NCBI GenBank assembly: GCA_030141605.1
Contig: JAQGDQ010000085.1
Span: 248,001 to 312,000 of the forward strand
DNA: 64,000 nt
Direction of reading: 5' to 3'
DNA from: Tubiluchus corallicola
Lineage: Eukaryota; Animalia; Priapulida
This document shows positions 38,421 to 48,654 of the stretch, in pieces (position 1 is the first letter of the stretch; the number at the start of each line of letters is the position of its first letter). The notes beneath the pieces are model-generated. The model ran no database searches. It had not been told where the DNA came from and was given only the letters and a program-made list of their open reading frames with translations. Made by a program: the position numbers and the translations under genes.

Positions 38421-41400
38421 TTAAACGGAATCTTGGCGAACATTAAGTGAAAATAAGCTATCACGACACATCACATCTTTTATGGTAACGGCGTCCAAAG
38501 GTGGTGCAGACATTACTTTAACCATATCAACATGTAAACCACAGTTTTGTAAAGGGTCACTGCCAGGTCTCTGAGCAATTTCAAACGCTGAAGCATCCAA
38601 TGATATTTCACTAACAGCACTTGGTATATTTGATGAATTATTCAGCATCTCTTGCATGTGTGATGAAAATGAAGCAAGCACCCTGAAAAAAGTGTAATTG
38701 TTTGTGTAATTCTAATTCACAATGTAAAAATCAAAATGCTGTGTTTGCATAAACGATGCCCATTCAAACTGAGTTTGAAATTACCTGTTAAAAGACGAAC
38801 TTGAGTTCTCTGAACTTAATGAAACAGTGAATTCCTTTTGCATGCCTTTAAAGAGGTTACAAAACTCAAGCAGGGTGGATGGAAGAATTGGTCCAGTCAG
38901 TTCCAATGAATGTTTCTTCTTTTTCCCATGACACATGACATTATGTTTCACCTGAATATAATCACATAAATAACAGGTAATAATATAACCTAAAATCACG
39001 TACGTGGTTAATAAAACTAACAAAAAATAGCATTAAGCCCTGTTTAGACTATTCGGCATACCCATCATGTGTAAATGACACTCAAAGTTGTCATTCTTGC
39101 ATGTCATACATCCCCGATGGGTGTTCTGTCTAGACGAAATGGCTTTCCAGAAAGAAAACAAAGTTACACACCAACAGTCATGTACAAAAAATAAGTTTAC
39201 TACGAATAATCAGAAGATTACCGGGTCACACTTAACACTTTTTTGTTACCATAACATAGGTTTGCTACCATACCTATATAAGATACTTGCAAGATACATT
39301 GATTTTTGTATTTCACCGTGAACTTCTGTTCAAGTTATGTGTTACTTAAGGTCAATGCTTAAACTTTTACTGCTTACAAAAATCGAACTTCAGCTTGACA
39401 GCATTTTCATAATTTGTTAAAAAACGCTGTATAGGAGATACAAGCATTCAGAAGGTAGCAAGGGTAAGTAATTTTTAGGGAAATTAGCCCTGCAATTGAG
39501 AATGAAACTAGGTTTTCTTTTTTTTCAAATATGCATAGTTCAGTCCTTAATTTAAACTTCATAACAATCTTTTGCTTACCAGAACTATAAAATCAGGTAT
39601 TAAAGTATTAACAGCATTACAAGTGTTAAAACCTCTATTCGTACCTTTTTGGTATAATATGATCTGTAAAAGTAACAAATATTAAATTTATTGTAAAAAT
39701 CAACACCTTCAGTTGTTTCAATGTTGCACCTTGAAAAGCGACTGGTGCCAGTAACGTTGGCGGCACACCAGCTTGATGTCCGATGATGGCAAAACAGCTT
39801 TTACTGTTTAGAAGGTAATTAAACAGCGACTGGCAATGACGGCCCTCAATGTAAATTGTCGACTCTGGCCTGCGGTCAACCTCTAGGTATTTTTCCCTCT
39901 GTCTGATTGCCTTAGTCAAGAAAAAATGTTGCAACGTTGTAAATATGTCTGCTTTCCCTCATACATGTTTGTGCAGCATACTAAAGTTCCCGAGCCTTGC
40001 TTATTCTATCATAATTCTTAGAGTTGTTCTACATGAATTTCTGTACAAACCATGGGTTAATTTTGACAAATACGTTTTAGAAAAACTTAGGATGTCACAC
40101 AACAATGGTACATGGAATTTTTAAACTTAAATACGGTTGCAGTGGATCTCGGATATGTGTAGATTTTTGTAATCTCAGACCTGTAATACGTTTCACACTT
40201 TGGCATACTTTTATGGCTCTCTTTCACATTTTAACTATTGGACAAAGCAGAGCACTGTTGATTCATGTATGACACTCTTTCACACTTTATTCATATGCAA
40301 CGCAGGTGTTATTATAGTCTGCTTACCAGAATTGTACAGTCTGGCAATGCTCTGATGGCAAATATTGCAAATGAGCCTGACTGCACTATACTTCAAAATT
40401 GTTTTGTTGGTGGCATCCTTATTTGGTGTGGGTAGCTTTTAACATTTTCTTTTGTGTAGCATTTAGTAGAGTTAATATTTTGTGTGTAACCCTATCTTTT
40501 TTAGTGTATTATATGGCAATTTTAAAGCTGAAAGTAAAGATGAATTGCATTGAATTGAATATTTCCTTCTAATTATAAACTACAGTGACTTACTAAAACA
40601 AGGTATAAAGAATTTTTAACAGTGTGGACTGTGAGTCTCTGTTACTATTACAACAAAACAAAAACATCGTTCACTGACAATTTCTCATCCATCATTCCAA
40701 AAAGGTTGACATAAAAACAAGTTATTAATAATACAAAGGATACAGCTTAACTCGGTTCGGTTCCAACTCGGGAAAACTTTCTTTCGGTAAACCTATGCTT
40801 TCAAGAAATAAAGAAGCACCTTCATCGTGAGGAAATAACCCAACATCATCGTCATCCTCTTCGTCATTAGCACCACACTCACCATCATCGTTAACGGGAT
40901 TTTGTGCAAGCTCACCCTCCTCTCTACTGCAATCACTTAGAATCTCCCCACTGGCAACACTAAAAATAACAGAAGTTATTCATTTATACTGCTCGTCAGA
41001 TCATCGGGTGGTAATTCACAATGCTATTTTTAACTATTGGACAAAGCAGAGCACTGCTGATTCATGTATCATAAAGAGAATTTATGCAAAGTGTTCATTG
41101 TTTTATGGCACATAGTTATGCCAGTTATCAAGCATGTAGTCATTGTTTGGCTCTATGGTAATGTGAAGTCAAATTTCTGCAAAACAGGATTTTTATTCAC
41201 ATAATTTCAGAAGACAAAAGACAACATTTATTTACCATCGCTCGTTTAACAGGCAACATTAGCACTAACGGATATTTAGTGACTTACACTTACAAAAGTA
41301 TAGATAAAGACGTACTGTACAAACAATGTACAATATGTAGGGTATATTCTGGTATTGGCAACTGCTAGTTTTGAACTTAAGACTACGTCGTTGCAGTCCA

Positions 41401-42865
41401 AAATCTAAACCACTCGGTCACCCAACCCAGAACATGTGCTCAGTTAAAATTTCCGAAAGCCGTGAATATCACCACCATTATAATTAGTGAAAACATATTT
41501 GGTTATGAAAAATTATCTTGATAGCTGCTTATTCAATTCTAGAAATTTGTTAGCTTTATGATACCAATGACAATAAAACATGATTATATAACAGTCAATG
41601 TAAATGTACTGTTTATTTTGCAATATTTGCAATACCTTTCAGCAGCATTACTGAAACATGACTTATTGTCGTCCATGCTAGTCCTTTTTTCACTCGATGT
41701 CCGTTTTTTGGAAAGAGGTAGCACGAAATCAATGCCTAGTTCATAAAAAATATTTTAATATGTTTCTAATGGTAATTGGAATCGTAAAATAGGAATTGTT
41801 TAAAAGTGCAATAAAACAACACAAAAATAAAAGACATTTACATTTTGATGTGAACTAAATGTATGCTGCACAATGTTAGTATATTAACTTTTGAAAGGAC
41901 AGAAAAGTAAGACTCAAAACCTCGATGAATTATATTTTGTTTCTGTTTCGCCTAATCAACCTATGTAAGCCTTGAAAGCCAACAGTTCTCCCAAAGACCA
42001 AACGTTTTTGGCAGTAGAAAAATCAGTTAATAACATAATTATATAAAAATAATTCCAGGTTAGAAAGTGATCAGATGCTGCAATGTTATAGTGTTACAAT
42101 AACAAAAAATTATTGTTTCTTGTGTACCTTCCTTCGTTAATGCTTCTCTCAGCCCCCTAGTGGTTGGTGTCAGAATCACATGTGGTTTAGAGATTCCCGC
42201 AATTCCACCAGCTTGAAAGAGTGCAGTAAACTGATGTGTGCAGAAATAAAAGTATGGACAGTACTTTGATCGCAGGAGTTGAAACAACGACAAAAAACTG
42301 TCTCTCCTGAAACAAATAAAAAAATTTGGAAGATGGCTGCTTTGATTTATGAGCTTATGCCCAGTTTTATGCTCCATGCCTTATTGTAAACAAAGATATT
42401 TCTTTGAAAAAATAAAATACTGTTAGAAACACACATCATTTACATAAATCAGAAAATTCTACACAAATACGTGTTCTTTTTTATAGTAAATTATAAACCG
42501 AAGCTGAGGAATGTTGATATTTAATCAGTTTTGAGGTCCGTCTGTCTACGAAACAATGCATTTTTAAAGCTATTTACATCTTAGACTGATTGTCAGCAGC
42601 TAAAATATTCTGTAGAAGCACACCAGTATAGAAAAATTGTATTTGCAAATCAGGCTTTATACACAAGATAACTATTTATTTTATTTTGACTGTTTCTTGG
42701 AAAGTAGAAACATCCAAAAATTCTTGCCTTCTTCCAACAACGTGACTTAGACGTAGGTACCACTCCAAATATCTACAATAGTCACTGTAATAATAATAAT
42801 ATCGTTTAGAACTTAGTCCAGGGATAACACCTTAAGTAACTAATACTTACTTGCAAGGTGGTCCG

Positions 42866-42896
<31 letters not shown>

Positions 42897-45800
42897 TAAT
42901 AATAGTAATAATAATAGTAATAATAGCAGTAATAATAATAATAATAATAATATTTATTTTGTATAGCGTCTAAATCTAAGGTTAGCACAACTGACAATAT
43001 TCAAAGACACTTCACAAAGATAAAATCATCATGACGGACTTAGAAAGGTTTACAAGATTACACAGAAATCCAACTAAATTTTACAAAATTACAATAAGTA
43101 AATACATAAAAACACACAGATTCACAAAATACAAGAATATAACGACAAATCAAAGTTTGATTACTTCAAAGATTGTATGCAATTTCAAATAGGTATGTTT
43201 TAATCTGTATTCTAAAAGCGTTAGTGTTCGAAAGTGTCCTGATGTGGATAGGCAGGCTGTTCCATAGTGTTGGTCCTGCAACAGCAAATGACCTATCGCT
43301 TCCCACACGTGGATTCAACTCTCAACCGAGTCATACCAAAGACTTAAAAAAATGGTACTGCTGGTTCTTCAACCAAGCACGGGGGTTTATCGAAGTAACA
43401 TGCGAGCAGAATTGACTATTGTAATAGGTTATTGATAAATTTTCCTAAGTATAAACTCCAACGACTTCAGTATTTACAAAACTCAGCAGCTAGACTTATT
43501 ACCGTTACATCCAAGTCTCAGCATGTTACACCCATTCTTTGTCATTTGCATAGGCTCCCCTTTCTGACTGAACAACATATTAATTTTAAGACACTGCTAC
43601 TTGTATTTAAGGCGATTTCAGGGCGAGGCACCTGATTACATTTGTGACATGGTTCGTCCAACAAATTCAAACCGGTGTAGTCTTAGATCAAATGATAGAT
43701 TTTTGCTTATGGTTCCTAGAGTGAGCTGTTCCACTACCACCAACTAGCAGTCAGCTCGCGAAACAAGAGACCGTCTCCGTAGTATGCGGGACTTTTTAAT
43801 GGTCTAGATTTTGACCGATTCTTCCGATGTCCGTAAAAGCGAGGTCCGGCAAACCGAGATATGAGTGTACTGGCAAATTTGCCAGAAACTCTTTTTCGTG
43901 GGGTCTAATGCTAGATAGTTCATTCAAACAACATTTGTAGAAAACACAAAAAACTTCATTTTGTCATTAAATATTTCAAGGAAACAACATGTACAAGCTA
44001 CATAATCAAATGCTATGCAAACTTCAAACAACATACCAGTCTGATAACAAACTATCCTGCAGTTCCTTGTCCTGTCCTATCACACCAATGTTGCTGATTT
44101 TATTGGTAGAGGTGACGCGGGGAAATAAACTGACCCACGGTAATGACGGGTGCATCCAGTATAAGCAATGCCTGTGAAACGCAGACGACCAACCATTCTG
44201 AGAAAAAACAAGCTACATAACAATCAAATACAAAAAAGACAAAAGATTCAGTAGTCTCAAGAAAGAGCAAGACAAGTTAAAGCTGTGTGAAGAAAATATG
44301 TATAATAAAAATAAACTTAAGCGAGAATAATGTACACAAAAAAGGTGCAGATTCATGTACTGACATGAAAAATATTCTGAGTAAAATTTATTATTTTGAC
44401 ATTTTTGACGTTGTGACCTTAGCAGTCAACTTTTCGAACCAATAAATGTTAAAAATTAGAGAAACAATAAAAAATAAAAAAATGGTGGATTTTCAATCGA
44501 ATGTTAATGAATACTCACTGTACTGCACAACTACATGGCTTGGCTTACACATTCTTCGGTGGAAATTACAATGAAATAACATTAAGCTTCTGTTACGCAG
44601 GCCTACGGTTTTAGTCGTTGTATTGTAAATTTAAAAGCGGCTTTTAAAATCAACTTACGAAAAACATTTTGAAAAACTGAAAGACATTTAGCATGAAATG
44701 TATCAGACCTGAGCATTTTTATTTTCAGTGAGATCCTGACATTTCACAAATGCAGAGATTCCGGATGCTTCCTGGACAGTCGGTAGATTTACACACCAAG
44801 TAAAAGATCTGCCAAAGTACCAAAAAATTAAATTCCAAACTACACGAAAAAACATCAAATTACATGAAAAACACACATGTAAAAGTATTGCAACAGTAGC
44901 AGTATTCACTAGCTAGTAGTAAAACAAATAAAATGTAATAAATAGATAGAAGTACAGTAGTTACTGAAAAACAAAGATCGGTCAAGTAAAAAAGTGTACA
45001 AAATGAACAATAAATTTAATGGATTTACTTAAGCCAATAACAACACAAAGGTGATGAAACAAGAACGAAGAAAAGCTGTTTTGTTTCAGACAGCTGCCCT
45101 TGCTGAAGAAAAACAAAAGCTAAAAAATGCAATGTTCAACTTCACAAGCAAAAACATTTCTTGCAGGTATTTCCACAAACCAGGTTTCTTGTTTGCAATA
45201 ATGTCCAAGACCTTGCGCAAATCTTTATTGCTCACAGTGTACAGTTCAATTTCAGCATAGCAGATTATATCTTACTTTGTTGGTGTAAAAGTATCTTAGC
45301 TTTCTTATTTTGCTGATACAAAACGTATCTTAGTTTTCTTATTGCATTGATGGTGTAAAAGTATCGTAGCTTTCTTATTTTGCTTATACAAAATGTATAT
45401 TAGTTTTCTTATTGCACTGATGTAAAGTGTACGTATCTCAGTTTTCTTCGTTTTTCTTAGCTTCTTGATGTAAAACGCATCATAGGTTTCTTCGACACAT
45501 TAGTTTTTTACCTAGTGACTGTGAAACGTATCTTAGTTTTCTCGCTTAAGTTTTTTGATTTGACATGGCATAAGTTAATTTCCTTATTGTCTTGATATAC
45601 TTGCTACAGTGACGTAAAGCGTAACATAGTTTTCTTACTTTGTTGATGTAAACCGTATCTTAGTTTTCAGGCTCCAATCAACTGGAAGTGAGCTGAAGCC
45701 TTCAGTTTTGGCAGGATCAGAATGGCTGGTTTGACTTGCAGATTCAGAAATGGCTTCTAAATTTTCAACCGGAAATATATCCACAGTTTCCTGAAACATA

Positions 45801-47947
45801 TGACATTTTGTAGTTGTCGATGCTTTATAGCATATCAGCTCAAAAATCTACACAACAGTCTATGTAAATGAAGCATCTGTATCATTACTGATATTTGTAG
45901 TTAGTAAATAATTATGAAGTTCCAATTAAAGTAGCCAAAAAACCTGTTGTTTAATGTGCAGTGAGTCTAGAAGCCCAAATAGTTTAATCTTTTTCTCCTT
46001 CGCCTCAAAACTTTCTTCATCTTCTTCAATCGTGTTTTTCGCAGAAAAGGCAGGCTCATCGGTTCTAAGTTCACTGTCTTTAATGCTACTGAATGGGTTT
46101 AGCCTTTTGCATCGATGCTTACGATCACCTACAAATCAACAGAAGTTTAAAGGCTGTTTCAGTTTAACTGACTCGACACAATACAACAAAAACTGTAGGG
46201 CCTACATTGACTATAATGGAAACTAGTTGGACTGGGATGGTTTATAAAAATGGGAACACCCTGAGAATAACTATTTAGGGTTTTTTTAGGCGTATAAAGT
46301 AGTAACATATCATTTCACAAAGCAGTTACAAGCAAAAACAAAAGCTTTAGTTAAAAGTAAATGATTGCAGCAAGACCATAACTAATTAACAATCAATCTG
46401 GCAGAATTAGGCATCTTAGCCAAGTTAGGCTCAGTATAAGTTCCTTTTTAAGAATAGAGATGTATTAGTTGGGATAGCATGGCAGGTAAAACCATCCGGA
46501 AGCTGTCTTCATGTCAGCCAAACCATCATCTGCACCATTTTCCTCAACCCAAACTGCATCTAAGTCCTACAAAATGTTAACCCCCAAGTCATTAACGCAT
46601 TATTGGGCATATCATTATAATACTAGATGATCACAATCACATCCTCATCGAGCCCTTATCCACATCCCCAATGAAAACTTCCCGCCAGTTATTGTATGGC
46701 AAATAGAAAGGTAGTCATCAAAACGTGAAACCATGAGATGTTCTATGTCCCATGATTCTAGTCCAAAGAAAATTCTCCAAGGACCAGAAGAGTAATAATG
46801 ATGTTAATTGGTGGCCAATCAAACAATAGTGTACCATCTGCACCATCTGAATGACCAGACCACTAAAATTTTGCAAACTGCCACTTCAAGCATTCTTGCA
46901 TCTCATCAAGCTCATGCTGTGAGGACAATTACGTCCTGAAAAATTGCTAAACCACAACAAGGAAAGCGATAGTGTTACTATAATGCTGCTAGCCAAAAAC
47001 AAAAAATGCACAAACGTAAAACGTTACAGGAGGGCAAAATGACCTGCCACTTGACATGGTGATACCTACTTGGCTAGCACTGTATAGCAATCTTTAGCTC
47101 GACATGTGTAATGATTATAAATACAACAATGTATACATACTCTGCAAGCAATATGAATAGCAAGGCCAAAAATATTACACTAGGCCTACGTATAAATCAC
47201 AGATGCCTTAAAATGCTAATAACAATATTCGTTCCACATTAGGTAAAATATGCAGTGTTCAAAAACAATCATCATACATTCATTTAAAGCAATTGAATTA
47301 TTATGCTCCTGTAGGATTATGTATCCTCCTTACATTATGCTTGTGTTATAAAGTAAATTTCAGTTACCACTGTTATTATGTTTCTGATGTCAGATTTTTA
47401 TTTCAGCTCTTGTTTCAGTTATGTTCAGTTTGATTTTTTTTTATTATTATTATGCACTTATTATTACTGTGTATGAATTGTACTAACACATTATAAGCAT
47501 ACATTATCAATTTTATGTCATCCGTAACAGTTTATTTATTATAAGCAGTACTAACACTAATACACTGTAGCATAGCGCCTATAAAAATGTTCATCACTAA
47601 CCAAAGGGCAGCTGACTAGATGACCAATTGGTCTTTCACTGCCCTTTCTTCACATTTTTGTTGCTAAATTAATTGTATTGTAACTGTGCGTGTGTTAAAA
47701 GATAAATAAAAGATTATTATTATTATTATTGTAGACTGAGGTAATAGTAAACTGATACGCAGAAAGAGACTTTTAAAAGGGTAACATACGTACGTTGATC
47801 AGTAGGAATATCACCTACACCATCGTTCTCCTGCATGGATAACTTAGTGGATGAGATTCTTTTAGTTTTCCTTTTTCTGATTCTTGCTTTCATCACATCT
47901 GATGGCAATTTCCAGCACGGCGAAGAAATCTTTGCAGGTGAAGGCAT
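38421..47947 (-). CDS. DONSON: Protein downstream neighbor of Son (replisome/CMG assembly factor)
   Basis: 11 exons: 47947-47794, 46128-45944, 45790-45639, 44808-44709, 44197-44037, 42306-42128, 41735-41636, 40959-40744, 39902-39707, 38951-38785, 38682-38421. Motifs RLNPF, LPVDWSLKTKIRFTS, YWMHPSLPWVSLFPR, CPYFY, PTTRGLREAL, acidic tract, DRRPES, GVPPTLLAPVAFQGA, LELTGPILP. Confidence 0.93.
39903..40743 (-). other. U12-type (minor spliceosome) GT-AG intron in DONSON
   Basis: Donor |GTATCCTTTG; branch-like TTTTCTTGAC ~14 nt before CAG|; no polypyrimidine tract; splicing restores K-L-Q-R-E-K-Y-L-E-V-D-R-R-P-E-S. Confidence 0.88.
41365..41422 (-). mobile_element. Degenerate tRNA-derived SINE head
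   Basis: Minus strand GGTGACCGAGTGGTTTAG..GACTGCAA..AGTTCAAAAC has A-box and B-box-like motifs. Confidence 0.4.
42866..43303 (-). mobile_element. L2/CR1-clade LINE 3' end with (TAT)n tail
   Basis: Minus strand translates GSDRSFAVAGPTLWNSLPIHIR..FRIQIKTYLFEIAYNL*, then a 3'UTR, AATAAA and a TAT-repeat tail (42866-42950). Confidence 0.8.
43432..43735 (+). mobile_element. L2/CR1-clade LINE ORF2 C-terminal fragment (inverted relative to the 3' end)
   Basis: KLQRLQYLQNSAARLIT..HVTPILCHLHRLP..INFKTLLLVFKA, then after a frameshift GEAPDYICDM..SLRSNDRFLLMVPRVSCST. Confidence 0.8.
45271..45668. repeat. Degenerate ~33-bp minisatellite overlapping the DONSON exon 3 end
   Basis: About 10 diverged copies of CTTACTTTGTTGATGTAAACCGTATCTTAGTTTT. 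Confidence 0.85.
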
Positions 47948-47999
47948 GATCCATACGCAGCAGGCGTTGTGCACTCTATTCTGGTACCTAACCTATACC

Positions 48000-48600
48000 T
48001 AAATCGATACACGATGATTATATTTAATTGCAGTTACAATTGTGCAAAATATCGTATTACTATTATAATAAGAAATTATTTTTAATACTATAATCTGTGA
48101 CAGTTTCTTGCTGAAAATGCCTCGGTCTAAAAAACTGTATCAATTCCAAATGACTTGAAATCACCACAAATGTTCAATTTTACTTCAAAAACAAAAAATG
48201 GTTAAGGAGTAAGTTCTACAGGCATATTATAGCCTGGCATGCTGTACAAAGCGGCACATTAATATTTCCCGCTTTTAATTCCAGGCACAACCATCGCATA
48301 AAACCTTTAAAAATCGTTTTAGTGCCCGTTTGCATGCTGCCGGAATTACAACGCCGTTTGAAATACATGTATTTAAATATTGGCCAACTATAATTGGGCA
48401 GACCGTCTGCATTTCATAACCTTGGCAGCTAATGTAAAAGTTTATACTTTGATGCCAGAAAATTAAGAAATTATTTACGGCTATTTTGTCACTAAGACTC
48501 GCGTCAAATCAACCGACCAACCGTTGCATGTTACAAATAACCGTACACACCACAGACTCTGTTTACGTGTTTAACGTGTTCGTTGTTGCTGTAGTTGCTC
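48000..48600. promoter_or_regulatory. Putative bidirectional promoter DONSON / MGST3 with E2F-like and CHR-like motifs
   Basis: ATGs are ~700 bp apart head-to-head; TTTCCCGC at 48265-48272 and TTTGAA at 48357-48362. Confidence 0.5.
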
Positions 48601-48654
48601 CTCGTAGGAAATAGCTGCTTTGCTTTTATATTTGAAGAATTTTATTGTAAAAAA

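Noticed and set aside
42806-42997. Poly-Tyr ORF
   Set aside because: Translation of the LINE (TAT)n tail.
45271-45668. CRISPR-like regularly spaced repeats
   Set aside because: Tandem degenerate units without unique spacers, no cas genes, eukaryotic intron.
46480-46920. Possible decayed RTE-like LINE fragment
   Set aside because: Compositionally distinct, but no convincing reading frame or motif.
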